Assembly: GCA_017477185.1 (NCBI GenBank)
Contig: JAFUXF010000021.1
Span: 267 to 64,266, forward strand
Direction of reading: 5' to 3'
DNA from: Alphaproteobacteria bacterium
GTDB lineage: Bacteria > Pseudomonadota > Alphaproteobacteria > RF32 > CAG-239
Length of the DNA: 64,000 bases
Numbering within the stretch: the first letter of the stretch is position 1; each line of letters opens with the position of its first letter. Below are positions 47,084 through 58,386 of this stretch, piece by piece. A model generated the notes under the pieces. The model made no database searches. It had not been told where the DNA came from and saw nothing but the letters and a program-made list of their open reading frames with translations. Made by a program: the position numbers and the translations under genes.

Positions 47084-49912
47084 TTGAAAAAGGATAATTC
47101 ACATAGTTTTATATTCCGTTCAGCATTTTTGTTGAGTATTGTTTTATGCTTGCTTATTTATTCATCTCAAGGTTTTGCACAGATTAACTTGAGCAATTTT
47201 ACCGAACAGTTCTCGCCTCAAAGCACTAAAAATATTCTCTTAAAATATAGTAAGCAACCATCAAGCGATCGTTTTATTTTTGAGTTTCCCAACAGTTATA
47301 AAGTTCCTTATACGGTGACCAGTGATAACAGCAGCACTAAAATTGTTTTTTCGCGTGTTTTTAGGTTTGACACACAAAATCTGACTTCTTTTTCTCGTTA
47401 TCCGCAAATTTCACAAAGGGAATTACCTGAAAATCAACTAGAAATTACATTTCCTCTTCCCCTAAAAACCTCTGCTGAACTTGAAAACTCAATTATTTTA
47501 GAGCTTTCTGAAGATGCACAAAATTCGTCACAAGCAAAGCAACAAGCTGTCAATCCGTTACAAATTTCCAGCCTTGGTTTTTCTTGGAACACACCGGTTG
47601 CGTTAGCTGTCTTTAAGAGAGGGCGTTATTTGTGGATTGTATTCAACCAGTATCAACCAATTAAAACGGATGATTTGCTTAAGAGTGCTGGCCATATTGT
47701 CAAAGACATCATTCAACTGCCGCATACCGCAGCTACTATTTTGCGGATTGAAGCTGCAGGTGAGTTGTACAGCGAAGTTCGAAAAGAAGGTTTGCTATGG
47801 ATTGTTGATTTGTATAATCAAAAAACCGAACGAAATCTTAAACCAATTACCATTAATACAGATTTAACATTGCCAATTAAGCCATTTTTACAAGTCAATC
47901 TTCCACATACAGAGGACATCTTCAGTTTTCTTGATCCGGATATCGGAGATATCATTATGGCGATTACAAGTTCAGATCCGGGGTATGCCTTTTTGGACGG
48001 ATACAAATATCCTGATTTTGAATTTTTGCCGAGTTCACAAGGTATGGCCATTAATAGTGATGATTTTGGCATTAGTATTATCCGAAACACTGTCGGGTTT
48101 ATTGTACAAACGACGCAACATCCTTTAAATATATCAAAGAATCTGGAACAAAAAAAGCAATTAGAAGGAATGAAAAATCGTAGCAATGAAATAAATTTGA
48201 CAAAAGAACTTACCGTCCCGATTATCAAAAAATCTTTTGAAGCAAGTGAAAAGTTCCTTTTAAATAAAATTAAATCGGCAGTGCCGGATGAGGTAAGTGC
48301 AACACAATTAGAATTAGCAAAATTTTATTTGTCTCACGGCTTGGGGTCTAATGCTTTGGGACTATTACAAAATATTCGATTACACTTTATTCGGCAAAAA
48401 AAAGAAATTCCCGCGCAGATCACAGCTCTTACAGGGGTTGCTTCCTTTTTAATGCAACGGTACGATACAGCTTTTGAGATTTTTGGAAAGCCGGAATGTG
48501 CCAACATTCCGGAAATAGAGTTATGGAGACATCTTTCTGATTTGGATAAAGAAAGAAATCATGCGCCGGATATTGCCAAGAATATTCACTTTATTTTTAA
48601 TTATCCGACTGAAATCAAAAAACGATTGACTTTAAGAGGGCTGGCTTATGCTATTGACAAGCAAAATGATTCTTTAGCTCAAAATTTTATCAATATTTTG
48701 AAAGAATTGCCGATGAATAATGAGCTTTATGCGGCTCTTAATTATTATGATGCCGAAAAAATTCGCCTTCAGGGATTTATTCGTAGCGCCCTACCACAAT
48801 ATAAAATGGTAGCTCTTAGTTCTTCAAATTTATATTCTGCTTTAGCACGTTATCGAATAGCTACTTTTAATAGTAGTCTTGTGGATGTAAAACTCAATCG
48901 CATTATTTTAGAATTTGAGCGTTTACGTTTTTCGTGGGGAGAAAAAAGTTTTAAAATTCAAATATTAAATCATCTCGTTGACTTATACCTTAAAAATACT
49001 GATTTTTATATGGCATTAAAGACACTTCACGAGATGGGTGAACTATCATCCTCACAAAAACCGATAATAGAAAAACGGATGGTTCAAATTATGGAAGAAA
49101 TATATTATTATAATAATGATAATCAATTCAGTCCGATTAAAGCATTGGCATTGTTTGATAATTTTGGATATTTGATTGAAAGGAGTCCTTATCAGACGGC
49201 CATTATCATTAAATTGGCTGATCGGTTGGTTGCTATTGATTTATTAGATAGAGCCTATAAACTTTTAAATGATTATCTTTTACAACATCGTAAAAATTTA
49301 TCGCATGAAGAAATCAGTGCGATGGGCGGACGACTGGCTCTGATTGATTTATTTAAGGATAATACCAATACAGCCATACAAAATCTTTATGATACGGCCT
49401 ATTCTGATATTTCAGAAACATTAATGTTGCAGCGTAAGATTATTGAGGCAAAGGCTTTAGTGCAGGAAGGATTTTCAGATAAGGCTTTAGCTTTATTAGC
49501 CGGAAACAATAGTAAAAATGCAACACTTTTGAAAGCTGAAATTTATTGGGCTGCTCAACAATGGGATGAAGCCTCTGACGCAATTCGATTACTAGTAGAA
49601 AGGCCTGAAAAAGATAAACCTTTGTCGGAAGAGCAAATTCGTTATGTTTTAGATTGGTTAACAGCTCTAAAGTTGGCAGGAAAAGAAACCATTATTGTTA
49701 GAATCAGAAACACTTTCTTGCCTTATTTTGAAAAGACACCTTATGCGAGTTTGTTTAATGTTTTATCCGGACATTTGGAAGAAGATACCATCAGCTTGAA
49801 AGATATTGATAAAACGATTCAAAATGTTCAAGCGTTTAGTGATTTTGCCAAACAGTATACTCAATCTTTATTAAATACAAAACCTAAAAAGAATGACAAT
49901 TCAGTGCAATAA
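47084..49912 (+). CDS. Large (942 aa) exported TPR-like repeat protein of the flagellar cluster
   Basis: TTG start with an AGGGAAG RBS. An N-terminal hydrophobic segment is present. The C-terminal two-thirds are helical-repeat-like. Confidence 0.5.
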   Translation: MKKDNSHSFIFRSAFLLSIVLCLLIYSSQGFAQINLSNFTEQFSPQSTKNILLKYSKQPSSDRFIFEFPNSYKVPYTVTSDNSSTKIVFSRVFRFDTQNLTSFSRYPQISQRELPENQLEITFPLPLKTSAELENSIILELSEDAQNSSQAKQQAVNPLQISSLGFSWNTPVALAVFKRGRYLWIVFNQYQPIKTDDLLKSAGHIVKDIIQLPHTAATILRIEAAGELYSEVRKEGLLWIVDLYNQKTERNLKPITINTDLTLPIKPFLQVNLPHTEDIFSFLDPDIGDIIMAITSSDPGYAFLDGYKYPDFEFLPSSQGMAINSDDFGISIIRNTVGFIVQTTQHPLNISKNLEQKKQLEGMKNRSNEINLTKELTVPIIKKSFEASEKFLLNKIKSAVPDEVSATQLELAKFYLSHGLGSNALGLLQNIRLHFIRQKKEIPAQITALTGVASFLMQRYDTAFEIFGKPECANIPEIELWRHLSDLDKERNHAPDIAKNIHFIFNYPTEIKKRLTLRGLAYAIDKQNDSLAQNFINILKELPMNNELYAALNYYDAEKIRLQGFIRSALPQYKMVALSSSNLYSALARYRIATFNSSLVDVKLNRIILEFERLRFSWGEKSFKIQILNHLVDLYLKNTDFYMALKTLHEMGELSSSQKPIIEKRMVQIMEEIYYYNNDNQFSPIKALALFDNFGYLIERSPYQTAIIIKLADRLVAIDLLDRAYKLLNDYLLQHRKNLSHEEISAMGGRLALIDLFKDNTNTAIQNLYDTAYSDISETLMLQRKIIEAKALVQEGFSDKALALLAGNNSKNATLLKAEIYWAAQQWDEASDAIRLLVERPEKDKPLSEEQIRYVLDWLTALKLAGKETIIVRIRNTFLPYFEKTPYASLFNVLSGHLEEDTISLKDIDKTIQNVQAFSDFAKQYTQSLLNTKPKKNDNSVQ

Positions 49913-51890
49913 AATACAGCTTATCAGCCCTTTTGAACCTTCAGGTGACCAGCCTGAGGCTATTAAAGAGTTATGTGAAGGGCTAAAGCGCGGAGACAAA
50001 AGTCAGGTTCTGCTTGGGGTTACCGGAAGCGGAAAAACATTTACCATGGCTAAGATTATTGAGCAAATGCAACGCCCTGCTCTGATTATGGCTCCCAATA
50101 AAATTCTGGCAGCTCAATTATATAGCGAAATGAAGGAGTTTTTTCCGCATAATCACGTTGAATATTTTGTTTCTTATTATGATTATTATCAGCCAGAAGC
50201 CTATGTTCCCAAAACAGATCTCTATATTGAAAAAGATTCAGCCATAAATGAGCAAATTGACCGAATGCGTAATGCTGCAACGCGTAGTTTGCTGGAATAT
50301 AATGATGTTATTATTATTGCCTCTGTTTCATGTATTTATGGTTTAGGAGATGTTGAATCTTACGGCAGTATGACATTAAAACTTACTAAAGGAGATGTGA
50401 TTGAACCACCGGAGATTTATCGTAGATTGGCGGAATTACAATATGAACGCAACCAAAGTAACTTTATTCGTTCAACCTTTCGTGTTAACGGAGATACTTT
50501 GGATATTTTCCCTTCACACTTAGAAGACAGAGGCTGGCGTGTTTCTTTCTTTGGCGATGAAATTGAAGATTTGTACGAATTTGACAGTTTGACCGGTAAA
50601 AAAATTGAAAACTTAGAAACAGCAACACTTTATCCGGCGAGCCACTATGTTACACCTCGTCCGACGATTGCCCACGCTATGGAACAAATAAAGGAAGAGT
50701 TAAAAGAAAGGGAATCCTTTTTTATTCGTGAGAACAAACTCCTTGAAGCACAGAGAATCGGGCAAAGAACCAGATTTGATTTAGAAATGCTGGAAACGAC
50801 CGGTCATTGTAAGGGAATAGAAAACTACTCTCGTTATTTAACAGGTAGGAATGCCGGTGAGCCTCCTCCGACGTTATTTGAATACTTACCGGAAAATGCA
50901 ATTGTTTTTGTTGATGAGAGTCATATTTCTATTCCACAAATCGGCGGAATGTTCAGGGGGGATTTTAATCGCAAAAGTACATTGTCTGACTACGGTTTCC
51001 GCTTACCCTCGTGCATAGATAATCGTCCTTTAAAATTTGAAGAATGGGATAAAATGCGCCCTCAGAGTATTTTTGTTTCTGCCACTCCCGGAGATTGGGA
51101 GCTAGCGCAGAGCAAGGGCGTTTTTGCCGAACAAGTTATCCGCCCGACAGGATTAACTGATCCGATTTGTGATGTTCGACCTGTCGATAATCAAATCGAT
51201 GATTTAATGGAAGAATGCCGTAAAGTTGTCGCTCAAAATGAGCGTGTATTGGTCACAACACTCACAAAAAAAATGGCGGAAGACTTAACGGAATATTTGG
51301 CTGAAAATGGGGTTAAAGTCCGTTACCTACATTCGGATATTGATACCTTAGAGCGTATTGAAATTATCCGTGATTTGAGGCTTGGTGTTTTTGATGTGTT
51401 AGTCGGTATTAACCTGTTGCGTGAGGGATTGGATATTCCGGAGTGCTCATTAGTAGCCATTTTAGATGCTGATAAAGAGGGATTTTTACGCTCGCAACGC
51501 TCTCTCATTCAAACAATCGGACGCGCCGCCAGAAATGCTCATGGTAAAGTTATTCTTTACGCTGATAAAATGACAGATTCAATCAAGAATGCTCTTGATG
51601 AAACAAATCGACGTCGGCAAAAACAAATACAATATAACATTGAGCATGGGATTACTCCTCAGACCATTAAGAAGAGTATTTCTTCAACTTTAAACGAGAT
51701 GACAGAAACTGATTTTGTTAAACATGACAGCGACACGAAAAAACTCGAAGACATCAAGAATATCGATAAACTCTTACGCGATTATAAAAAGAAAATGCAA
51801 GATGCCGCTGCCAATTTGGAATTTGAAACAGCGATGGTTTATCGCGATAAAATCAAAGAGCTTGAGAAGTTAGGGTTAAAGACTTTATAA
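49893..51890 (+). CDS. uvrB: Excinuclease ABC subunit B
   Basis: [27 protein letters not shown] and a C-terminal UVR motif [15 protein letters not shown] are present. Confidence 0.95.
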   Translation: MTIQCNKIQLISPFEPSGDQPEAIKELCEGLKRGDKSQVLLGVTGSGKTFTMAKIIEQMQRPALIMAPNKILAAQLYSEMKEFFPHNHVEYFVSYYDYYQPEAYVPKTDLYIEKDSAINEQIDRMRNAATRSLLEYNDVIIIASVSCIYGLGDVESYGSMTLKLTKGDVIEPPEIYRRLAELQYERNQSNFIRSTFRVNGDTLDIFPSHLEDRGWRVSFFGDEIEDLYEFDSLTGKKIENLETATLYPASHYVTPRPTIAHAMEQIKEELKERESFFIRENKLLEAQRIGQRTRFDLEMLETTGHCKGIENYSRYLTGRNAGEPPPTLFEYLPENAIVFVDESHISIPQIGGMFRGDFNRKSTLSDYGFRLPSCIDNRPLKFEEWDKMRPQSIFVSATPGDWELAQSKGVFAEQVIRPTGLTDPICDVRPVDNQIDDLMEECRKVVAQNERVLVTTLTKKMAEDLTEYLAENGVKVRYLHSDIDTLERIEIIRDLRLGVFDVLVGINLLREGLDIPECSLVAILDADKEGFLRSQRSLIQTIGRAARNAHGKVILYADKMTDSIKNALDETNRRRQKQIQYNIEHGITPQTIKKSISSTLNEMTETDFVKHDSDTKKLEDIKNIDKLLRDYKKKMQDAAANLEFETAMVYRDKIKELEKLGLKTL

Positions 51891-51974
51891 TAAGAACTAC
51901 TGATTGCATAAGAAATTCTTGATTCTTTCTTTTAAAAAGATTATATGTAGTTCATCATCAAAATATTATTGCGT

Positions 51975-52502
51975 ATGAATTTTTATGAGAAACCGCTCCG
52001 CGACCTTTCAGAAAAGGAGTGGGAGCAAATCTGTTTAAGGTGCGGAAAATGTTGCATGTGCAAATATCGTGGAGATAATGTTATTCATTTTTCCAATCAT
52101 ATGTGCCGCTTTTTCGACATCAAAAAAGGAATATGTTCTTGTTATAATGACCGCATAGACACGGCAAAAGGCGAATGCGTCAAGGTTGATATGGATTTAC
52201 TGGAAAATCATTTGGAATTTCTGCCACCGGACTGTGCCTATCGCCGTTTATATGAAGGTCGCGGCTTACCGGCCTATCATCCATTACTAACAAGAAATCC
52301 TAACTCTGTAATTGAAGCAGGACAAACCGTTATGTCTTTGCCGATTGTCTCAGAAAATGCAAGAGAAAAAGCTTTAGATACTCTTTTAAGGAATATCGTA
52401 AAATATCATTGGACAAGAGCTAAATTTACTCAAAAATTAGCGATAATCAATGAAAAATATTCTTTGAAATGGCTTGAAACTTATCCTTTGCCCTCTCAGT
52501 AA
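51975..52502 (+). CDS. ycgN: YcgN-family (UPF0260) cysteine-cluster protein
   Basis: WEQICLRCGKCCMCK, CRFFD, CSCYNDR and CAYRRLYEGRGLP are present. Confidence 0.8.
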   Translation: MNFYEKPLRDLSEKEWEQICLRCGKCCMCKYRGDNVIHFSNHMCRFFDIKKGICSCYNDRIDTAKGECVKVDMDLLENHLEFLPPDCAYRRLYEGRGLPAYHPLLTRNPNSVIEAGQTVMSLPIVSENAREKALDTLLRNIVKYHWTRAKFTQKLAIINEKYSLKWLETYPLPSQ

Positions 52503-52536
52503 AAATGCCCTTCCTTATGGAAGGGCATTTTTTTAC
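52501..52536. terminator. Bidirectional intrinsic terminator
   Basis: AAAAATGCCCTTCC-TTAT-GGAAGGGCATTTTTTT. Confidence 0.75.
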
Positions 52537-53015
52537 ATTTTATTAACGTTAATTTTTTTAACTTTGGCCTTTTCAGTCTGAGATTTAGGAATTTCAATCG
52601 AAAGCAATCCGTCATTATATTTAGCATCAGCCTTATTATAATCTAAATCCCATGGCAAAGGTATCGTCCTTTTAACCATACCATAATATATTTCTGAAAA
52701 ATAATTATCGCGCATACCGTGTTCTGTTGAACATTTTTTCTCGCCACTAATCGTTAGATAACCATCTGAGGATATTTGCAAATCAATATCTTTAGCATCA
52801 ATTCCAGGTAATTCGGCAGAGACAGTTACAGCATCTTTCGTTTCCGCAACCTCTATTTTGGGAGCAATATCTGCCGCTTCTGTCGCCAATGGTGTTTCGG
52901 ATAAATTCCAAAAATGTTGCAAAAAATGTTTTAATTCACTGGAAACAGGAACATGAATCGGAATATTACGCGCTGTTTGCGCTGCCGTTTCCGTACTTGA
53001 TAAATCAGTTCTCAT
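52533..53015 (-). CDS. Hsp20/alpha-crystallin small heat-shock protein
   Basis: AVTVSAELPGIDAKDIDLQI and the C-terminal YNDGLLSIEIPK are present. Confidence 0.85.
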   Translation of the reverse strand: MRTDLSSTETAAQTARNIPIHVPVSSELKHFLQHFWNLSETPLATEAADIAPKIEVAETKDAVTVSAELPGIDAKDIDLQISSDGYLTISGEKKCSTEHGMRDNYFSEIYYGMVKRTIPLPWDLDYNKADAKYNDGLLSIEIPKSQTEKAKVKKINVNKM

Positions 53016-53093
53016 TTTATCTCTCCTTATTATATTTAACCACTTTGAGAGATAGTGCCGAGATTTTATCTTTCTATATAGCTAATGGTCTAT

Positions 53094-54116
53094 TTATAAC
53101 CCTTTTTGCGCACGCTTATTTTTCCATTTCAGCTTAGCATAAAGACGCATATCCGCCACCTGATCGGTTTCATCCAAAATTTCTTTACCCAGAATCGTCT
53201 CAATAATATCTTCAAGAGTAATAATTCCAACCCAGTTGCCAAAAGCATCAATAACCAATGCCATATGGTTATGATCTTCGAGCATAGAATTTAATACATC
53301 TTCCAAATGTGCCTCATCTGAAAATGAGCGCATCGGACGTGCATATTGCTCCACTTTATCAGAATCGTTATGTGCCTTATAAGAACTCGATTTATGAATA
53401 TACCCTGAAAAAATTTTTTCTTGTTCATCTATAATCGGAAAACGAGAAAATGGGGTTTTACATAAAAAACAATCAAACTCGCCAATTGTCATCTCCGGTT
53501 TGACTTTATGCACCACTGTACGCGGCGTCATTACGTCCCCGACGCTGACTTCTTGCAGTTTGATAATGTTATTGATAATACGAAACTTGGTATCATCTAA
53601 CAAATTTTGGTCCCGTCCGATTTTTGCTAAAGCCTTGATTTCATCTTTAACATCAGAGTATTCTGACTTACCAAACAACCCCATGATAAAGTTGGAAATA
53701 TAAAGTACCGGTCTTAGCACAAAAACCATTGTTTCTACGATTGTGCAAACGGCAGGAATCAGTGAACGCCAATACTTTGAGCCGATTGTTTTCGGCATTA
53801 TCTCAGATAAAACCAAAATAGCGACAGTCATAATTCCGGATGCAATTCCTAAATAAGCGGAACCGTATAATTTTGTCACTTGAGCGCCGATACCGGCAGC
53901 ACCGACCGTATTGGCGATTGTATTTAAGGTTAAGATAGCTGCCAATGGGGTATCCATATTTCGTTTTAATTTAGAAACACGTTTATACCAGCGCGGATTT
54001 TTCTCCTCCAACTGAGCAATGTAACTTGGGGTAATAGATAAAAGTGATGCCTCGGATACAGAACAAATAAAAGAAATAGCAATTGCCATTGCGGCATAAA
54101 AAAATAAAAGAAACAT
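53094..54116 (-). CDS. CNNM/DUF21 transmembrane domain plus CBS-pair protein (HlyC/CorC family)
   Basis: The N-terminal DUF21 pattern has SEASLLS and KTIGSKYW. The CBS region includes VGDVMTPRT. No CorC_HlyC C-terminal domain is evident. Confidence 0.8.
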   Translation of the reverse strand: MFLLFFYAAMAIAISFICSVSEASLLSITPSYIAQLEEKNPRWYKRVSKLKRNMDTPLAAILTLNTIANTVGAAGIGAQVTKLYGSAYLGIASGIMTVAILVLSEIMPKTIGSKYWRSLIPAVCTIVETMVFVLRPVLYISNFIMGLFGKSEYSDVKDEIKALAKIGRDQNLLDDTKFRIINNIIKLQEVSVGDVMTPRTVVHKVKPEMTIGEFDCFLCKTPFSRFPIIDEQEKIFSGYIHKSSSYKAHNDSDKVEQYARPMRSFSDEAHLEDVLNSMLEDHNHMALVIDAFGNWVGIITLEDIIETILGKEILDETDQVADMRLYAKLKWKNKRAQKGL

Positions 54117-54194
54117 ATCTTAGATTTTAAGAACCTTCTGCTGTTAATCAATAGGAGTTAACATAATGTATATACAACAAAAAGTAAAGAGATA

Positions 54195-55247
54195 TTACAG
54201 AATAATCTGCCACTTCTTTTGCTGCTTATAATTTTCATCAAACAGTACATCCGCCATATATTTCGCAACGACTACATTACTAAATTCGGTATGTGCTTTA
54301 TGATGCCCATTTGCTGCAATTTTCATTCGTTCCTGTGGATGATTTTTGTAATAACATACTTTATCAAAAAATTCCTCTCGCGTTTCATAAAAAACAGCTT
54401 CTTTCTCACTAAATAAGTCCTGAAATCCGTTACGCTTATCCAGAAGCACCAATTGCCCGTTTGCAAAAGAATGGATCATTCTATCTGAACTATAAAGATA
54501 AATATCATTCATTCGACTTAAATTCAGCCCCATTGCCGTTTGTCCCAGTGCATGCACATACTCAAAACCGTTCAACGTTGGTTGGCCTTTTATACCGGCA
54601 AGTTTCCACCGCAAACCATCAACTCGGGTCAAACTATCATCAACGATTTGTTCAATCTCTTCATCTTGACCGCAAAATTGGCGTCGTCCGGTGTTAGCAC
54701 AAAGCATAATATCATATGGGAGTTCTTCGTACTCAAACGCACGTCCTGTTTCAAGCGCATCATCAGCCATATTTGGAACATACCCTACCCGATTTTTGAC
54801 TGTCTTAAATTGTCCCAATAATTTTTTATCGCCGGTTGATATCAAATTGACATCAGCTACATTTATTTTGCTTTTAATTGAAGCAATATTCCGTTCTGCA
54901 AGTTCAGGATGAATCCAGTCACAACTCCACTGTAAAACTTTTAATTGCGGAAACATCTCTTTGATTTTTTGGATTGTTTCTTCTTCTACTAAATCGGCAT
55001 GTCCCACGAACAAAGCATCAGGCTCCATCACGCGACAGTAATTCAAAAGGTGTTTATTGAGTTTTTTCTTAGCAAACCAGTTTTGATGTCCGAACCCGAA
55101 CATCCGACAGATATCCCTATCCGGATAATTAAAAACACTGTATCCGCAACGAATCAACCCGTTTGAAATTTTAAACGGGAAGCCAACCTGAAAGCACCCT
55201 TTGAGGCGCACTAAATTAAAATTAGCAATATGAATAATTTTTTTCAT
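54195..55247 (-). CDS. CgeB-like glycosyltransferase (Glyco_trans_1_2-type C-terminus)
   Basis: The C-terminus reads FSEKEAVFYETREEFFDKVCYYKNHPQERMKIAANGHHKAHTEF. Confidence 0.55.
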   Translation of the reverse strand: MKKIIHIANFNLVRLKGCFQVGFPFKISNGLIRCGYSVFNYPDRDICRMFGFGHQNWFAKKKLNKHLLNYCRVMEPDALFVGHADLVEEETIQKIKEMFPQLKVLQWSCDWIHPELAERNIASIKSKINVADVNLISTGDKKLLGQFKTVKNRVGYVPNMADDALETGRAFEYEELPYDIMLCANTGRRQFCGQDEEIEQIVDDSLTRVDGLRWKLAGIKGQPTLNGFEYVHALGQTAMGLNLSRMNDIYLYSSDRMIHSFANGQLVLLDKRNGFQDLFSEKEAVFYETREEFFDKVCYYKNHPQERMKIAANGHHKAHTEFSNVVVAKYMADVLFDENYKQQKKWQIIL

Positions 55248-55254
55248 CCAGATC

Positions 55255-56133
55255 TCACCTACTCAGTAAATGTTTTATAAACAGATTAAAATCAGCAATC
55301 ACACGGCACAGCGGGTGTAAAAATCTCGGAGCTTGTCCGGCAGCACAAAATTCTACACTTACGCGGTCAATTCCGCATTCAAGTGCAACACTCATACGGT
55401 GGTGTCCTTGATTAAGAGTATCTTTTATTCCCATGTTACGGCAAAGCATAATATCAAGCGGGCAACGGTCATCATATCCCTTTTCTTGCATGCTCTTAAC
55501 TAATTTTTCGTATGTTTGTTGCCGTTCTGCCTCACTCATTTGGTATTTTGGATTAGAGAACTTATAAGCATTTGCTGATGTTCTTAAATTTCTTTCCAAA
55601 CCTTTTTCTCGGATTTCTTGCGGGCGAATATGATAGATATTGCTACTAAACAAATTATATTTATAGCGCAATTTGCGAATCAGCGGAGAAATAAAATCAT
55701 ATGCTTTTATTCGGTTTTCGAATGCTATTCTAACCGGTATATAGGCATCTCCAGCCGTTATAGCTTTTTTAACAGCGTCACGTCCCTTTAACAAGGTATC
55801 CGGTGTTACGGGATAATCAGGATACCACAAACGTCTTTTGCCGATCAAAAGAATAACTTCATCATCTGGTACATTTTTGGGTAATACCGACGAATCCGGT
55901 AAAGATATTAAATCTTCTACAGCCAGTCCATATATTTCTGATGAATAACAAATTCTATTCATATATTCTCCGTTTCTGAGAAGAAAATACACCATTTTGG
56001 CATTATTTGTAAATAAAATTATTCCTTCTCCACATTCGGTTAGATTGAATTTTGATAAAATTCGGTTATTTGTTACAATATTGTTACAAATTTTGGTTGT
56101 TATATGTTCAAAATTGTGATATACTGAGGTCAT
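55255..56133 (-). CDS. Hypothetical protein with C-terminal ParB/sulfiredoxin-like domain
   Basis: PLDIMLCRNMGIKDTLNQGHHRMSVALECGIDRVSVEF is present. QGHHR is encoded at 55396-55410. Confidence 0.45.
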   Translation of the reverse strand: MTSVYHNFEHITTKICNNIVTNNRILSKFNLTECGEGIILFTNNAKMVYFLLRNGEYMNRICYSSEIYGLAVEDLISLPDSSVLPKNVPDDEVILLIGKRRLWYPDYPVTPDTLLKGRDAVKKAITAGDAYIPVRIAFENRIKAYDFISPLIRKLRYKYNLFSSNIYHIRPQEIREKGLERNLRTSANAYKFSNPKYQMSEAERQQTYEKLVKSMQEKGYDDRCPLDIMLCRNMGIKDTLNQGHHRMSVALECGIDRVSVEFCAAGQAPRFLHPLCRVIADFNLFIKHLLSR

Positions 56134-56163
56134 AAATATAATTATGAATAAGGAGTGATTATC

Positions 56164-56655
56164 ATGATAACTCTCTCTAAGAAAACGTCCGGCGAAACCT
56201 TTTTGCAGCAGGTTCTTGATGCCGGTACGAGTAAAGGCTTGTTATTTTCGCTTTTATACGAAACGCTGCAAAATGAATATTCTCATCTGCATATTGGTAC
56301 AATTATCAGTCAAATCAAGAATTTTGATGCTTTAGTGAATTATGATGCCAGTGTCGCGAGATTTCAAATCAAACGTAATGCTGAAAATCTCAGTAAAACA
56401 TTGAAAGAAATTAACAAGATTAAAGTTCTTGGTAAAGATAATTTCAAGTATAAAAAAATGATGATTAAAAAGCTGAATGCGCTCGCGGCTGTTAAGCCTG
56501 ATGCAAAAGCCTTAACGGATATTGTCGCGGCTGAATTTATTGCTCGCGGTTACGGTAATATTAACAGCTTTAAGTGTGAATTTACACATTACGTTCATTC
56601 ATTGCACAGTATTTCTACAATCGGCACTGAAGACTCTTGTGTATTGCAATGCTGA
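56164..56655 (+). CDS. Hypothetical protein
   Basis: The ATG at 56164 has AAGGAG 8 nt upstream. It lies only 30 bp from the divergent gene start. No motif was found. Confidence 0.45.
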   Translation: MITLSKKTSGETFLQQVLDAGTSKGLLFSLLYETLQNEYSHLHIGTIISQIKNFDALVNYDASVARFQIKRNAENLSKTLKEINKIKVLGKDNFKYKKMMIKKLNALAAVKPDAKALTDIVAAEFIARGYGNINSFKCEFTHYVHSLHSISTIGTEDSCVLQC

Positions 56656-56671
56656 TATTTATTTCATTTTC

Positions 56672-56706
56672 AAAAAAGACCGGATTATTTTAATCCGGTC
56701 TTTTTT
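56672..56706. terminator. Bidirectional intrinsic terminator
   Basis: AAAAAAGACCGGATT-ATTTT-AATCCGGTCTTTTTT. Confidence 0.75.
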
Positions 56707-56709
56707 ATA

Positions 56710-58005
56710 TTATTCATCACTTTCGTGGATTGTTTCTATTTGTGCACCGACACCTGCCAGCTTCTCAACAAGTTTCTCGTATCCGCGGTAAAGGTGGTAC
56801 ACACGATTAACAATAGTCTCTCCTTCTGCAATTAAACCGGCTAGAATAAGCGCAAATGAAGCCCGCAAATCAGTTGCCATAACCGGTGCTCCATATAATT
56901 TATCAACATGGCGAACAATTGCGGAAGCATGCCCGTGAACATTGATATTTGCCCCCATGCGCAAAAGTTCGGGAACATGCATAAAACGGTTCTCAAAAAT
57001 CGTTTCTGTCACCAGTGATGCCCCTTCGGCCGTCAACATTAGAGCCAAAAACTGTGCCTGCAAATCGGTTGGAAAACCGGGGTAAAAATCGGTCATAATA
57101 TCTTGTCCTACCAGCGTTTTACCTCTCGCATCAACGATTAAAGAATTTGAGGTTTCCGTTACATCAACCCCCATTTGGCGGAGAATATTTATCGGACACT
57201 GCAAAGTGGAAGCCTGAGCATTGATTAATTCGATACACCCTCTGGTAATGGCGGCAGCAACAGCATAAGACCCTGCTTCAATACGGTCGGCAATAACTTT
57301 ATGGGTTGCCCCGTGTAAAGATTCAACCCCTTCAATTGTCAGAAAAGATGTGTCTCGACCGCTGATTTTAGCGCCCATATCATTGAGTAAATCAATTAAA
57401 TCACCGATTTCAGGTTCTTTGGCGGCGTTTTCAATACGGGTTGTTCCCTCTGCCAACGCAGCGGCCATTAAAATATTACACGTTGCACCGACAGAAGCAA
57501 TTTTAAAGATAATATTTGCGCCCTTAAGACGGTTCTCAACATCAGCATGAACATAACCGTTTTTAATCTCTATTTTTGCGCCCATTTGTTCTAAGGCTGA
57601 TAAGTGAATATCCATCGGACGCGCCCCGATAGCACATCCTCCGGGGAGTGATAACTCTACATGTCCGTAACGAGCCAGAAGAGGTCCTAAAACATAGTAA
57701 GAAGCTCGCATTTTACGAACGTAATCATATGGGGCTATCAGACTTGTGGCTTGAGGGGTACGATAAGAATAAGTTTTAGTCGGGTGTCCGTCTAAAAAAT
57801 CGTCAAACTCATCAATTTGTGTTCCAAGTTGAGTTAATAGCAGATTAAGTGATTTGATATCAGATAACATCGGCATATTGGTAAGTGTTATTGTATCCGG
57901 TGTTAACAAACTGGCACAAACAAGCGGTAGAGCGGCATTTTTAGCGCCACTGATATAGATTTTTCCGTTTAATTGTTTTCCTCCGATAATTTTGATTTTA
58001 TCCAT
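56710..58005 (-). CDS. murA: UDP-N-acetylglucosamine 1-carboxyvinyltransferase
   Basis: [27 protein letters not shown] and the active-site region [13 protein letters not shown] are present. Confidence 0.95.
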   Translation of the reverse strand: MDKIKIIGGKQLNGKIYISGAKNAALPLVCASLLTPDTITLTNMPMLSDIKSLNLLLTQLGTQIDEFDDFLDGHPTKTYSYRTPQATSLIAPYDYVRKMRASYYVLGPLLARYGHVELSLPGGCAIGARPMDIHLSALEQMGAKIEIKNGYVHADVENRLKGANIIFKIASVGATCNILMAAALAEGTTRIENAAKEPEIGDLIDLLNDMGAKISGRDTSFLTIEGVESLHGATHKVIADRIEAGSYAVAAAITRGCIELINAQASTLQCPINILRQMGVDVTETSNSLIVDARGKTLVGQDIMTDFYPGFPTDLQAQFLALMLTAEGASLVTETIFENRFMHVPELLRMGANINVHGHASAIVRHVDKLYGAPVMATDLRASFALILAGLIAEGETIVNRVYHLYRGYEKLVEKLAGVGAQIETIHESDE

Positions 58006-58153
58006 TATTTTGTTCCTCTTGTGCTTTTTTCTGTTGTTTTAATTTTTCACGGGCAGCAATCTGTTTTTTACGTTTTTCAAGATTTTTTTGCAAGGCTTTT
58101 CCTTCACGAATAATGCGCTCACGGCAACGTTGACTTGAGGCTTTTTCTGTCAT
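57998..58153 (-). CDS. Small (51 aa) Lys/Glu-rich protein upstream of murA
   Basis: The ATG at 58153 has AAGGAG 6 nt upstream. It overlaps the murA start by 8 nt. The longer track ORF reaching 58393 runs through tRNA-Thr and was trimmed. Confidence 0.45.
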   Translation of the reverse strand: MTEKASSQRCRERIIREGKALQKNLEKRKKQIAAREKLKQQKKAQEEQNNG

Positions 58154-58275
58154 GATATTCTCCTTTTGTGTTCTCGAAGAGTATTGTAGAGCCAATCTCT
58201 TAAAAAAAAGTGAGGAATTTATATTTTTTCCTCTTGATTTTTGATAAAGTCTTGAGTATGTTGCAGAGGTTAGAT

Positions 58276-58303
58276 TTGCTGTGCTGATAAGGTGCAGTAT
58301 AAT
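58276..58303 (+). promoter_or_regulatory. Candidate promoter of tRNA-Thr
   Basis: TTGCTG, 16-nt spacer, TATAAT (58298-58303). It ends 8 nt before the tRNA 5' end. Confidence 0.4.
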
Positions 58304-58311
58304 ATTGAAGT

Positions 58312-58386
58312 GCCGTTGTAGCTCAGTGGTAGAGCACGTCATTGGTAATGACGGGGTCGAAAGTCCGATTCTTTTCAGCGGCACCA
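58312..58386 (+). tRNA. tRNA-Thr (anticodon GGT)
   Basis: Acceptor is GCCGTTG/CAGCGGC. D arm is GCTC-AGTGGTA-GAGC. The anticodon loop TTGGTAA gives GGT. T arm is GAAAG-TCCGATT-CTTTT. CCA is encoded. Confidence 0.9.
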
